Positions 11,055 to 20,615 of a DNA stretch of 64,000 nucleotides are shown here, piece after piece. Location: sequence record MZ065353.1; one strand, 5' to 3'. A model generated the notes under the pieces. It searched no databases. It was not told the DNA's origin and was given only the letters and a program-made list of their open reading frames with translations. A program made the position numbers and the translations under genes. Within the stretch, counting starts at the first letter, position 1, and every line of letters begins with the position of its first letter. Source of the DNA: Escherichia virus KFS-EC3.

Positions 11055-11452
11055 TGGCAAATATTAATAAGCTTTATTCTGACATTGACCCAGAAATGAA
11101 AATGGATTGGGACAAAGACGTTTCCAGATCTCTTGGATTAAGGTCAATTAAAAATAGCCTTTTAGGAATTATTACAACCAGGAAAGGGTCAAGGCCATTT
11201 GACCCAGAATTTGGATGCGATTTATCTGATCAGCTTTTTGAGAATATGACTCCTCTTACTGCTGATACTGTTGAGCGTAACATTGAAAGCGCAGTAAGAA
11301 ACTACGAGCCACGTATTGATAAATTAGCAGTTAATGTAATACCGGTTTATGATGATTATACTCTGATAGTAGAAATACGCTTTTCGGTCATCGATAATCC
11401 TGATGATATTGAGCAGATAAAACTACAACTGGCTTCCAGTAATAGAGTATAA
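11054..11452 (+). CDS. 25: gp25 baseplate wedge subunit (lysozyme-like fold)
   Basis: 132 aa, N-terminus [15 protein letters not shown] as in T4 gp25. Confidence 0.9.
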   Translation: MANINKLYSDIDPEMKMDWDKDVSRSLGLRSIKNSLLGIITTRKGSRPFDPEFGCDLSDQLFENMTPLTADTVERNIESAVRNYEPRIDKLAVNVIPVYDDYTLIVEIRFSVIDNPDDIEQIKLQLASSNRV

Positions 11453-11478
11453 TGCTTCACGTATAAACGTGGTATAAT
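11451..11478 (+). promoter_or_regulatory. MotA-dependent middle promoter upstream of uvsY
   Basis: MotA-box-like aaTGCTTCA at 11451-11459, 13-nt spacer, TATAAT at 11473-11478. Confidence 0.55.
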
Positions 11479-11518
11479 GAATCTAAGTCCATCCAATAAC
11501 AATTGAATAGAGAACAAT

Positions 11519-11932
11519 ATGAAATTAGAAGATCTTCAAGAAGAATTGAAGAAAGATGTGTTTATAGATTCGACTAAATTACAGTATGAAGCAGCTAATA
11601 ATGTGATGTTATATAGTAAATGGCTCAATAAGCATTCAAGTATTAAAAAGGAAATGCTTAGAATTGACGCACAGAAAAAAGTTGCTCTTAAAGCTAAATT
11701 AGACTACTACTCGGGACGAGGAGATGGTGATGAATTTAGTATGGACCGTTATGAGAAATCAGAAATGAAGACAGTTCTATCAGCTGATAAGGATGTTTTA
11801 AAAGTTGATACTTCATTACAGTATTGGGGAATTTTATTGGATTTCTGTAGCGGAGCTCTTGATGCTATTAAATCACGCGGATTTGCTATTAAGCATATTC
11901 AAGACATGCGAGCATTTGAGGCTGGAAAATAA
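11519..11932 (+). CDS. uvsY: UvsY recombination mediator
   Basis: 137 aa; sequence is recognisably T4 UvsY. Confidence 0.9.
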   Translation: MKLEDLQEELKKDVFIDSTKLQYEAANNVMLYSKWLNKHSSIKKEMLRIDAQKKVALKAKLDYYSGRGDGDEFSMDRYEKSEMKTVLSADKDVLKVDTSLQYWGILLDFCSGALDAIKSRGFAIKHIQDMRAFEAGK

Positions 11933-12153
11933 TGAAAAGCATTGATGATGCTTTTAATTATGAAGAAGAATTTGAAACGGAAATTCAATTCTTAATGAAA
12001 AAGTATAATCTCAAGCGTCAGGATATTCGTATCCTGGCTGACCATCCATGCGGTGAAGATGTACTTTATATTAAAGGAAAATTTGCCGGATATCTTGATG
12101 AATATTTTTATTCTAAAGATATGGGCATTGATATGCATATGAGAGTTATATAA
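11932..12153 (+). CDS. uvsY.-1: uvsY.-1-like small protein
   Basis: 73-aa ORF immediately downstream of uvsY with an overlapping start/stop. Confidence 0.6.
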   Translation: MKSIDDAFNYEEEFETEIQFLMKKYNLKRQDIRILADHPCGEDVLYIKGKFAGYLDEYFYSKDMGIDMHMRVI

Positions 12154-12181
12154 ATAGATATATAATTTAGAGGAGACAATC

Positions 12182-12349
12182 ATGTCAGATAAGATTTGTG
12201 TTGTCTGTAAAACTCCAATCGATTCTGCATTGGTTGTTGAAACAGACAAAGGTCCTGTACATCCTGGGCCTTGTTATAATTACATTAAAGAACTACCAGT
12301 TTCAGAAAGTTCGGAAGAACAATTAAATGAAACACAACTTTTGCTATAG
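12182..12349 (+). CDS. uvsY.-2: uvsY.-2-like small Cys-rich protein (55 aa; not in the ORF track)
   Basis: ATG at 12182, stop TAG at 12347-12349; CxxC...C pattern (CVVCKTP...PGPC). Confidence 0.45.
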   Translation: MSDKICVVCKTPIDSALVVETDKGPVHPGPCYNYIKELPVSESSEEQLNETQLLL

Positions 12350-12404
12350 TGTGACCTTTAGTCTATAGTTTTGGCCCTTCCTTTTTGGTTGGGCCTTTTT
12401 TAAT

Positions 12405-12635
12405 TTAAAAGCTTTCTTCTACTTCATCGTCTGAATCTTCTAATTCAGCTCTTTTTCCTGCCAAAGCATCTCTCACAGAGATGTCATCAGTATCTTTTAA
12501 TTCAGTTTCTTTAACTCTTTTCTTATAATAAGCTTCAAGTTCTTCTAGACCTTCTAATGTTTGGCAAGAGGCAATTTTACCCATAAATTCATCAATAGAA
12601 GCTTCATAAAGAAATTGTTTAAATTCTAGTAACAT
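12405..12635 (-). CDS. uvsW.1: UvsW.1 (76 aa)
   Basis: The track start at 12647 is a TTG; the ATG at 12635 gives 76 aa, the T4 UvsW.1 length, with a GGAG ribosome-binding site upstream. Confidence 0.7.
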   Translation of the reverse strand: MLLEFKQFLYEASIDEFMGKIASCQTLEGLEELEAYYKKRVKETELKDTDDISVRDALAGKRAELEDSDDEVEESF

Positions 12636-12646
12636 CTTTTTCTCCA

Positions 12647-12662
12647 AAGGGCCGAAGCCCTT
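12647..12662 (-). other. stable hairpin (UUCG tetraloop on the transcribed strand) between the HNH gene and uvsW.1
   Basis: AAGGGC-CGAA-GCCCTT palindrome overlapping the HNH stop codon. Confidence 0.4.
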
Positions 12663-13353
12663 ATAAATTAACTGTTTTTCTAAGTATTCTTAGTTTGTAC
12701 ATTGATAATCCAGTAGCTTTAGAAGCATCTTTCATACATTTATACTTAACACCATTTACTTCTATAGGTTTAGCAGCTGGGTTATTAGCTCCTGAATTAT
12801 CTGGCATATTATCTTTAATTTTCTGAATAGATTTAGCGGAATGTTTCCTTCCATACATGCCATTATTTTTACCTGATTGATTGATAGAATGCAATCTTTT
12901 AGCTTCTTCAGTCCATTTTGTTGGGTTCATTCTTTTAGTTTTACTAATTTTACTTCCCCATGTAATTGGACGATTTTTCATGAGTTTTGACATATATTGT
13001 TTATGTTCTTCCGTATGGTGTTTTCCGTAAAATGGATTACCTTCACCTGATTGAAGTTCTGCCATTTTACGACGTTCCCAGGCGTAAGATTTATTAACGT
13101 GTCTTTCATGAGTCTTTGAATTCATCCCCATACATATAACGGCTTTAATTATACCGTAATGGTTTGGATGAATTTTAGCTAAAAGTTTATGAGCTATAAA
13201 ATGCTCTTCAGCTGTTAGTTCTACCAAATTACACTTATCATCTGTACCGCCCATACATCTAGGAATTATATGATGAGTTTCAGTGTATCCATTAAGGCGA
13301 GCCCGATTCTGGGCTCTATTAATTAAATTATCGTATATTAATTTATAATTCAA
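12661..13353 (-). CDS. free-standing HNH homing endonuclease (230 aa) inserted between uvsW and uvsW.1
   Basis: HNH core HHIIPRCMGG...NLVELTAEEHFIAH; C-terminal basic DNA-binding repeats; start ATG overlaps the uvsW stop (ATGA). Confidence 0.8.
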   Translation of the reverse strand: MNYKLIYDNLINRAQNRARLNGYTETHHIIPRCMGGTDDKCNLVELTAEEHFIAHKLLAKIHPNHYGIIKAVICMGMNSKTHERHVNKSYAWERRKMAELQSGEGNPFYGKHHTEEHKQYMSKLMKNRPITWGSKISKTKRMNPTKWTEEAKRLHSINQSGKNNGMYGRKHSAKSIQKIKDNMPDNSGANNPAAKPIEVNGVKYKCMKDASKATGLSMYKLRILRKTVNL

Positions 13354-14858
13354 AGTTTAACCTCTTTCATCACATAATTAAACTTCTCATCAGCATAACG
13401 CTGAATACGATCAAGTCCATGTTTTAAAAGATAGTTTAAATGCGAGTATTTTTTAGAAGATGTTTTTGATTTAGAAACTACGCCCGCGTCATCTATGAGG
13501 TCCCAGACCGTTGCGATTGTTTTAGAACCATGCTTACGTAATACGCGACCTATTGTTTGCAATACAATAATTTTAGATTTAACACCGTGTGCTAAAACAA
13601 CGTGATGCAGATTTTTAACTGAAATGCCAGTAGAAAATACACCATAACTAGCTACTATAATTATTCCTTTACCGTTTTCAGCTAAGGTTTTCATTATATT
13701 GCGGGTTTCGGTATCAACTTCCCCTGATACGTAATAAACTTTATCGTATTCATTTTTAATTAAATCGAAAATAGCTTTACCATGTGATACATGCTTAAAC
13801 ATGACAAAAGCGTTTTCATCTTTTTGCGCAAGCTTAATAGCTAATTTAGCGATCCATTTATTTCTTTTACTGAGTCCAGTAATAATTTTTATTTCTTCTT
13901 GGTAAGTTTTTCCCTTTAATTTAGTAGTGAACTCATCGGGATAGCGAAGAAAAATACTATTAATTTTTAACTCAGTTACTTGTCCATCTTCCATTAATTT
14001 AGAAGTCGTTACTGGCTTAAATATTTCACCGAACATTCCAACATACTGCATGATATTAGCTTTGCCATCACGTAATGAACCAGACAAACCGAATTTGAAC
14101 ATGCAGTTATTTAAACCTGATATGATAGATGAAATACTTTTTCCTGTGGCAAGATGGCATTCATCATTCATCATCATTCCAAACTGTGAGAACCATTCTT
14201 TCGGTTGTTTTACTACAGTTTGCCATGTACCAACAACGACTGGTGCATCATTTTTATATTTATCATCTTTTGATGCTCCACCGCCGATTTTCTTTATCAT
14301 TGCATGACTGAATAAACGATAGTCAACAAAGTCATCAGCCATCTGAGTTGTCAGAGCAGTTGTTGGAACAATGATAAGAATTTTACCTTCATAATTTTCC
14401 AAATAATAACGTGCAAGCAAAGCTTGAATTAAGGATTTACCTGCAGATGTTGGAAGATTAAGAATTCTACGACGATTAACTAATCCTTCGAACACTGCAT
14501 CTTTTTGATACCAATGCGGTTCAATTCTTTTATTTCCTGAATAGATTTCTAATTTAGAAAGCCATTCATCAAAATCTTTTCTTGATAATTCTTCTTTTTC
14601 GTTAATCTGTGGGTCAATCCAGGCTTTATAGCCAAAGTTATCACAGAACTTTTTAATTTGCCCGACTAAGCCGAATGGAAGAAGACGATTATAATCTAAA
14701 AGACGGATTCGTCCATCCCAGTTGCCATATCTGAAGCGAGGATTAAACCTATATCCATCGGCCTCAAACGAAAAGAAATCTCTTAATTCGTGGAACGTGC
14801 TCTCTTCACAATCGATGCGTACATGACTGAAGTCGTGAAAATGTACTTTAATATCCAT
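13350..14858 (-). CDS. uvsW: UvsW DNA/RNA helicase (SF2)
   Basis: 502 aa; N-terminus MDIKVHFHDFSHVRIDCEE and Walker A PTSAGKS match T4 UvsW. Confidence 0.9.
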   Translation of the reverse strand: MDIKVHFHDFSHVRIDCEESTFHELRDFFSFEADGYRFNPRFRYGNWDGRIRLLDYNRLLPFGLVGQIKKFCDNFGYKAWIDPQINEKEELSRKDFDEWLSKLEIYSGNKRIEPHWYQKDAVFEGLVNRRRILNLPTSAGKSLIQALLARYYLENYEGKILIIVPTTALTTQMADDFVDYRLFSHAMIKKIGGGASKDDKYKNDAPVVVGTWQTVVKQPKEWFSQFGMMMNDECHLATGKSISSIISGLNNCMFKFGLSGSLRDGKANIMQYVGMFGEIFKPVTTSKLMEDGQVTELKINSIFLRYPDEFTTKLKGKTYQEEIKIITGLSKRNKWIAKLAIKLAQKDENAFVMFKHVSHGKAIFDLIKNEYDKVYYVSGEVDTETRNIMKTLAENGKGIIIVASYGVFSTGISVKNLHHVVLAHGVKSKIIVLQTIGRVLRKHGSKTIATVWDLIDDAGVVSKSKTSSKKYSHLNYLLKHGLDRIQRYADEKFNYVMKEVKL

Positions 14859-14860
14859 AA

Positions 14861-15478
14861 TTATGCCTTACTAAATTTGCCTTTAGAATCTCTTTTCATG
14901 AGACGACCTTTAATAAATCCGTCGGGAATAATACCGTCTGGTTGTATTAATTTATTTATTGCGCCATTATTGACCCAAAAAGTTCCTGTTGTAGTCGGTT
15001 TGACTTTACATCCTTTTCTGGACTTTCTATTAGGATGAACCATCCCTTTTACAAATCCTTCTGGAACAAGTTCTCCAGGCTTAATAAAAATATTTTTAGT
15101 TCCATTAGTGTAACAAGTTGTACCTAATACCGTGCCCGGTGAGTTTTCAAATCTCTTAGCGGAAGATTCTTTCATCTTTGCTATAACCTCTGTAGTCATA
15201 ACAATTCCACCAATTCCACCAGGTTTCATATTATAATAATTTTTGCTTTTTATCAGTTCAGGAGTTATAATTTCTTCTTCATACATGTACGCTTCTTCGG
15301 AAGTTTTAAACTCTTTTAGTATTTTTCTAGAGAAATTGTTTTCACCATATTTCTTTATAGCCTGCTGAATTGCCTTACCGGAACCAAGGTAGCCATCATT
15401 CAGGTCGTCAGTAGAGTGCTTTCCTATATACTTTTTACCATTTATTAGATTTGTTGTTTCGTATACAAAGTGGTACAT
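14861..15478 (-). CDS. segD: GIY-YIG homing endonuclease (seg family; segD position)
   Basis: N-terminal GIY-YIG-type motif (YHFVYETTNLINGKKYIGKHS) and C-terminal repeated basic DNA-binding motifs; lies between uvsW and inh as segD does in T4. Confidence 0.65.
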   Translation of the reverse strand: MYHFVYETTNLINGKKYIGKHSTDDLNDGYLGSGKAIQQAIKKYGENNFSRKILKEFKTSEEAYMYEEEIITPELIKSKNYYNMKPGGIGGIVMTTEVIAKMKESSAKRFENSPGTVLGTTCYTNGTKNIFIKPGELVPEGFVKGMVHPNRKSRKGCKVKPTTTGTFWVNNGAINKLIQPDGIIPDGFIKGRLMKRDSKGKFSKA

Positions 15479-15527
15479 ACTATTTTCCGAGTAATAAATA
15501 TATCTATATTTATACTGAGGAAATATT

Positions 15528-16208
15528 ATGATAGATAAAGATTATATTGCAGAGCTGAAGGCTCTTGATGATAATAAAGAAGCTAAAGCTAAATTAGCTG
15601 AATATGCTGAACAGTTTGGTATAAAGGTCAAAAAGAATAAATCTTTTGATAATATCGTTAATGATATTGAAGAAGCCCTCCAGAAGCTCGCTAGTGAACC
15701 TATGCCAGAGACTGATGGGTTATCTATTAAAGACTTAATTGATGCTGCTGATGCTGCAGACGGATTAAAATATGACGATGAAGAAGTCAATCCAGAGGCA
15801 GCACTTCTGATTGATTCTCCGGTTAAATCTGACATTAAAATTGAAGTAGTAGAAACGGATAAAATTCCTGAAAATACCGATGTTTTGATTGAAGATACTC
15901 CTTTTGTTGAAGAAAAATTCGAGCAGGCTGTAGCTGAGATTATTGAATCTGAAAAGCCGTCTGTATTTACTCTTCCGGAAAACTTTAGTCCGAATCTTCA
16001 GCTGATTGGAAAAAATCCAGGATTCTGCACCGTTCCTTGGTGGATTTACCAGTGGATTGCTGAAACTCCGGATTGGAAATCTCACCCAACTAGTTTTGAA
16101 CACGCGTCAGCACACCAAACTTTATTTAGCTTAATTTACTACATTAATCGTGACGGATCAGTTCTAATTCGTGAAACACGTAATTCTTCTTTCGTAACAT
16201 TAAAATAA
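15528..16208 (+). CDS. inh: Inh-like acidic protein (putative inhibitor of prohead protease)
   Basis: 226-aa acidic protein between segD and hoc; assigned by position and length only. Confidence 0.5.
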   Translation: MIDKDYIAELKALDDNKEAKAKLAEYAEQFGIKVKKNKSFDNIVNDIEEALQKLASEPMPETDGLSIKDLIDAADAADGLKYDDEEVNPEAALLIDSPVKSDIKIEVVETDKIPENTDVLIEDTPFVEEKFEQAVAEIIESEKPSVFTLPENFSPNLQLIGKNPGFCTVPWWIYQWIAETPDWKSHPTSFEHASAHQTLFSLIYYINRDGSVLIRETRNSSFVTLK

Positions 16209-16217
16209 GGATAACTT

Positions 16218-17636
16218 ATGGCTTTTACAGTTGATATAACTCCTAAAACACCTACTGGAGTTATAGATCAGACTCAGCAGTTTACTGCTACACCCAGTGG
16301 TCAAACTGGAGATGGACCTATTACATATGCTTGGACTGTAGATGATGTTCCACAAGATGGAGCTGAAGCAACTTTTAGTTATGTACTAAAAGGACCTGCC
16401 GGTCAAAAGACTATTAAAGTAGTTGCAACAAACACAGTTCCAGATACTGATGCTGAAACGGCAGAAGCTACTACAACTATCACAGTTCAAAATAAGACAC
16501 AGACAACTACCTTAGCTGTAACTCCTAATAGTCCTCCAGAAGGAGTAATCGGAACAGCTGTTGAATTTACTGCTGCCTTAGCTTCACAGCCATCGGGCGC
16601 ATCTGCTACGTATCAATGGTACGTAGACGGTTCTCCTGTGGGCGAAGCAACTTCTGCTACATTCAATTACACTCCTTCCACAAGCGGAGTTAAAACAATT
16701 AAGTGTGTAGCTCAAGTAACCGCGACAGATTATGATGCAAAGGAAGTTACTTCTAATGAAGTGTCACTGACTGTTAATAAAAAGACGCAGACAACTACCT
16801 TGACAGTAACTCCTGATAGTCCTCCAGCAGGAGTTATTGGAACCCCAGTTCAATTTACTGCTACCTTGGCTTCTCAACCTGATGGAGCGTCTGCCACGTA
16901 TCAGTGGTATGTAGATGATTCACAAGTTGGTGGAGAAACTAACTCTACATTTAACTATACTCCAACTACAAGTGGAGTAAAAAGAATTAAATGCGTAGCT
17001 CAAGTAACAGCGACAGATTACGATACAAAAGAAGTTACTTCTAATGAAGTGTCATTGACAGTTAATAAGAAAACAATGAATCCACAGGTTACATTGACTC
17101 CTCCTTCTATTAATGTTCAGCAAGATGCTTCGGCTACATTTACTGCTAACGTTACGGATGCTCCGGAAGAAGCGCAAATTACTTATTCATGGAAGAAAGA
17201 TTCTTCTCCTGTAGAAGGGTCAACTAATGTATACACTGTTGATACATCATCTATTGGAAGTCAAACTATTGAAGTTACTGCAACTATTACTGCAACTGAT
17301 TACGATAGCAAAACTATTACAGCAGAAGGTCAAGTTCAGGTAACTGATAAAGTTGCTCCAGAACCAGAAGGTGAACTACCTTATGTTCATCCTCTTCCAC
17401 ATCGTACTTCAGCTTACATCTGGTGCGGATGGTGGGTTATGGATGAAATCCAAAAAATGACTGAAGAAGGTAAAGATTGGAAAACTGAAGATCCAGATAG
17501 TAAATACTACCTGCATCGTTACACTCTTCAGAAGATGATGAAAGACTATCCAGAAGTTGATGTTCAAGAATCGCGTAATGGATACATCATTCATAAAACT
17601 GCTTTAGAAACTGGTATTATCTATACCTATCCATAA
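16218..17636 (+). CDS. hoc: Hoc, highly immunogenic outer capsid protein, with one extra Ig-like domain (472 aa)
   Basis: Tandem Ig-like modules followed by a C-terminal capsid-binding region; position between inh and rnlB. Confidence 0.8.
   Translation: MAFTVDITPKTPTGVIDQTQQFTATPSGQTGDGPITYAWTVDDVPQDGAEATFSYVLKGPAGQKTIKVVATNTVPDTDAETAEATTTITVQNKTQTTTLAVTPNSPPEGVIGTAVEFTAALASQPSGASATYQWYVDGSPVGEATSATFNYTPSTSGVKTIKCVAQVTATDYDAKEVTSNEVSLTVNKKTQTTTLTVTPDSPPAGVIGTPVQFTATLASQPDGASATYQWYVDDSQVGGETNSTFNYTPTTSGVKRIKCVAQVTATDYDTKEVTSNEVSLTVNKKTMNPQVTLTPPSINVQQDASATFTANVTDAPEEAQITYSWKKDSSPVEGSTNVYTVDTSSIGSQTIEVTATITATDYDSKTITAEGQVQVTDKVAPEPEGELPYVHPLPHRTSAYIWCGWWVMDEIQKMTEEGKDWKTEDPDSKYYLHRYTLQKMMKDYPEVDVQESRNGYIIHKTALETGIIYTYP
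16491..17063 (+). repeat. in-frame tandem duplication inside hoc (two ~285-bp units, 16491-16775 and 16776-17063)
   Basis: Encoded peptides NKTQTTTLAVTPNSPPEGVIG...EVSLTV and NKKTQTTTLTVTPDSPPAGVIG...EVSLTV are near-identical. Confidence 0.85.
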
Positions 17637-17641
17637 TCATA

Positions 17642-17663
17642 GGGGCTTCGGCCCCTTTCTTCA
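17642..17663 (+). terminator. rho-independent terminator after hoc (GGGGC-TTCG-GCCCC followed by a T-run)
   Basis: GC stem with UUCG loop followed by tttcttcatttt. Confidence 0.7.
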
Positions 17664-17724
17664 TTTTGAAAGCACACAAAACACAATCGGAAAACGATGT
17701 ATATAATGGCACCAACTCGATAAC

Positions 17725-17940
17725 ATGAGATTGATTATGAGAACTGAGGTTGTGGTGTTTACACTCCATGAGTCTGGAAAGTCATTCATTGAAATTGCTC
17801 GTGAATTGAACTTACAGGCAAAGGAAGTGGCTGTATTATGGGCTCGAGCTATGACTGCTAAGAATAAATTTGAGACTCGAGAAAAAGTTGTCTATAGAAA
17901 AAGACATATTAATAAAAAGGTGAAAAATGGAACAGTATGA
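17725..17940 (+). CDS. hypothetical small protein (24.3 position)
   Basis: 71-aa ORF between hoc and rnlB. Confidence 0.45.
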   Translation: MRLIMRTEVVVFTLHESGKSFIEIARELNLQAKEVAVLWARAMTAKNKFETREKVVYRKRHINKKVKNGTV

Positions 17941-18205
17941 TCTTTATGAAAATGAATCTTTTGCTAATCGATTACGCGAAAAAGCACTTAAAAGTAAACA
18001 GTTTAAGCTAGAGTGTTTTATTAAAGATTTTTCGGAACTTGCTAATAAAGCAGCTGAACAAGGTAAAACATATTTTAGTTATTATTGTACTGCTCGCGAT
18101 AAATTGATTACTGAAGAAATTGGTGATTGGCTGAGAAAAGAAGGATTTAGCTTTAAAGTCAATAGTGATCAGCGTGATGGTGATTGGTTAGAAATTACAT
18201 TTTGA
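17927..18205 (+). CDS. hypothetical small protein (24.2 position)
   Basis: 92-aa ORF directly upstream of rnlB. Confidence 0.5.
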   Translation: MEQYDLYENESFANRLREKALKSKQFKLECFIKDFSELANKAAEQGKTYFSYYCTARDKLITEEIGDWLRKEGFSFKVNSDQRDGDWLEITF

Positions 18206-18214
18206 GGATTAATT

Positions 18215-19219
18215 ATGTTTAAAAAGTATAGCAGTCTTGAAAATCATTACAACTCTAAATTTATTGAAAAACTTTACAGTTTAGGATTGACTGGCGGCGA
18301 ATGGGTAGCTCGTGAAAAGATTCATGGCACAAATTTCTCACTGATTATTGAACGCGATAAAGCAACTTGTGCTAAACGTACTGGACCGATTCTTCCTGCT
18401 GAAGATTTCTTTGGGTATGAAATTATTCTAAAGAATTATGCTGATTCCATTAAAGCAGTACAAGATATTATGGAAACTTCAGCGGTTGTATCTTATCAAG
18501 TCTTTGGCGAATTCGCTGGACCTGGCATTCAGAAGAATGTCGATTATGGCGATAAAGATTTTTATGTATTTGACATTATTGTTACTACCGAAAGTGGTGA
18601 TGTGACTTATGTCGATGATTATATGATGGAATCATTCTGTAATACATTTAAATTTAAAATGGCTCCACTTTTAGGTCGCGGTAAATTTGAAGAGCTTATT
18701 AAATTGCCAAACGATTTAGATTCTGTCGTTCAAGATTATAATTTTACAGTAGACCATGCTGGATTAGTTGATGCAAATAAATGCGTTTGGAATGCCGAAG
18801 CAAAAGGCGAAGTATTTACCGCTGAAGGTTATGTATTGAAACCTTGCTATCCTTCTTGGATGCCTAATGGCAATCGCGTAGCGATTAAATGCAAGAACTC
18901 TAAATTTAGTGAAAAGAAAAAGTCTGATAAGCCTATTAAAGCTAAAGTTGAACTGTCAGAAGCTGATAACAAATTGGTGGGAATTTTAGCTTGTTACGTT
19001 ACACTGAACCGAGTAAATAACGTTATTTCTAAAATTGGCGAAATTGGTCCGAAGGATTTTGGAAAGGTGATGGGACTAACTGTTCAAGATATTTTGGAAG
19101 AAACTTCTCGTGAAGGTATTACTCTAACTCAAGCGGATAATCCTTCTTTGATTAAAAAGGAATTAGTTAAAATGGTACAAGATGTACTTCGTCCAGCTTG
19201 GATTGAATTGGTAAGTTAA
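18215..19219 (+). CDS. rnlB: RNA ligase 2 (Rnl2)
   Basis: 334 aa; nucleotidyltransferase motif I KIHGTN (lysine adenylylation site); T4 position. Confidence 0.9.
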   Translation: MFKKYSSLENHYNSKFIEKLYSLGLTGGEWVAREKIHGTNFSLIIERDKATCAKRTGPILPAEDFFGYEIILKNYADSIKAVQDIMETSAVVSYQVFGEFAGPGIQKNVDYGDKDFYVFDIIVTTESGDVTYVDDYMMESFCNTFKFKMAPLLGRGKFEELIKLPNDLDSVVQDYNFTVDHAGLVDANKCVWNAEAKGEVFTAEGYVLKPCYPSWMPNGNRVAIKCKNSKFSEKKKSDKPIKAKVELSEADNKLVGILACYVTLNRVNNVISKIGEIGPKDFGKVMGLTVQDILEETSREGITLTQADNPSLIKKELVKMVQDVLRPAWIELVS

Positions 19220-19226
19220 ATAAAAA

Positions 19227-19250
19227 GGGACCTTTCGGTCCCTTTGTTTT
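19227..19250. terminator. bidirectional terminator hairpin (GGGACC-TTTC-GGTCCC followed by a T-run) between rnlB and gene 24
   Basis: Stem-loop followed by tttgtttt on the plus strand and A/T-rich on the other side. Confidence 0.65.
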
Positions 19251-20532
19251 ATTCATCAACGATAATTTTTGGTAGCTTAACGCCTAATAAAACAGACAAA
19301 TCTGAACGACCCGCCATTTTATCCATGTCTCCACCATCAATTATTCTTGCTTCTTTTTCGTCTTTTGCTACAGTGTAAGGATTTGCAGATAAAGCATATC
19401 TAACCAATAAACCGATAGATGGCTGCAAACTTTCTGGATCAACTACAACTTTAAATGCACCTACATGTTCAGGGTCATCTAAGTCAAGACCTTCTGTATA
19501 CGGAGCATAGAAAATTGATCCGACAATTTCTTTTTCGCCAATATTTTCTACCACGCCAACGATTACATAATCTAATGGGCTGTTAGTATCGCAATAAAGC
19601 GGTAAACCATTAGCTAAGAACCCATAGGCATTTTGTGAAAGATATTTATCATCTTCTGGTTTATGTTTTAACCAACCTGATGCAGCAAGAATCGCAGCGG
19701 CACGAGCTGAAGCAACACAGAACGTTGCTGTATAAGTTGATTCTTTTTGGATATGCGAAACCATTTCACACACCATTCGGTATAATGAACGACCAGCTTC
19801 AGGTGCAGATGCATAACTCAAATCAATGAATCCAGTATCAGTAATTCCTGTAACTTTATAGCGTTTTGACACTGTAATCAAAGACTGTAGAATATCTTTA
19901 TTGATTTCATCCGCCATTTCAGTTGCAAGCAAATCTTCCAAGAAATTAGGAGCATCGAATCCATTTGCTTCTAAATCTTGTGCTAATTCAACTGTAATGC
20001 CAGTTTTAAGTTTACGAGATTTAACTGCGGTTTGCCATTTATTAATCTGGAATCTAGCATCAGCAATTTCGCTATCAGAGCTTTCAAATTTGCTCGTTGA
20101 CGCTGCGTCAGAAAATAGACGAACCTTTAAAAGAACAATTGCAATCTGAAGAGCTAGTTCTAAATCGCTTTCTTCAATGGTAGCAAATGGTGTATCTTCT
20201 AATACTTTATAAACGATATTATTATATTTGAATAAATCGCCTTTATTGAGAGTTAATTTAGACTCTTCTGTTAATTCTGTGATTTGTTCTCGGTCTACAT
20301 ACCCAGCTTCGCCAGCGTAAGTAGCACCAGTTTTAAATGTAAATTCATTATCTGGGTTAAGGTATTTGATACCATAAAAAGCAGCAACAGGTTGATTAGT
20401 TCTTTGCGTTGCTACAATGTCAGAATATATTAATTTAGTGGTAGCGCGAGTCAAAGCAACGAGATTTGGGCGACCGATTGAGTTGCTATTCGTTGTGGTT
20501 GATTCGCGCAGAAGTTCGTTGATTTTAGCCAT
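19249..20532 (-). CDS. 24: gp24 capsid vertex protein
   Basis: 427 aa as in T4. Confidence 0.9.
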   Translation of the reverse strand: MAKINELLRESTTTNSNSIGRPNLVALTRATTKLIYSDIVATQRTNQPVAAFYGIKYLNPDNEFTFKTGATYAGEAGYVDREQITELTEESKLTLNKGDLFKYNNIVYKVLEDTPFATIEESDLELALQIAIVLLKVRLFSDAASTSKFESSDSEIADARFQINKWQTAVKSRKLKTGITVELAQDLEANGFDAPNFLEDLLATEMADEINKDILQSLITVSKRYKVTGITDTGFIDLSYASAPEAGRSLYRMVCEMVSHIQKESTYTATFCVASARAAAILAASGWLKHKPEDDKYLSQNAYGFLANGLPLYCDTNSPLDYVIVGVVENIGEKEIVGSIFYAPYTEGLDLDDPEHVGAFKVVVDPESLQPSIGLLVRYALSANPYTVAKDEKEARIIDGGDMDKMAGRSDLSVLLGVKLPKIIVDE

Positions 20533-20559
20533 TGCGCTTTCCTTTTGGTTTATATGATT

Positions 20560-20567
20560 TATTTATA
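20560..20567 (-). promoter_or_regulatory. late promoter TATAAATA for gene 24
   Basis: tatttata on the plus strand, about 30 nt upstream of the gene 24 start. Confidence 0.6.
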
Positions 20568-20584
20568 CCATAAAAACAACTAAA

Positions 20585-20600
20585 GGGACCCGAAGGTCCC
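20585..20600 (-). terminator. terminator hairpin after gene 23 (UUCG loop on the minus-strand transcript, then a T-run)
   Basis: GGGACC-CGAA-GGTCCC; the minus-strand transcript continues with uuuaguuguuuuu. Confidence 0.65.
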
Positions 20601-20615
20601 TTAAATCGTCAAAGA

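Noticed and set aside
12405-14858. uvsW / uvsW.1 as a disrupted (pseudogenised) helicase
   Set aside because: Both reading frames are intact at the expected lengths (502 aa and 76 aa); the HNH gene lies between them, not within either.
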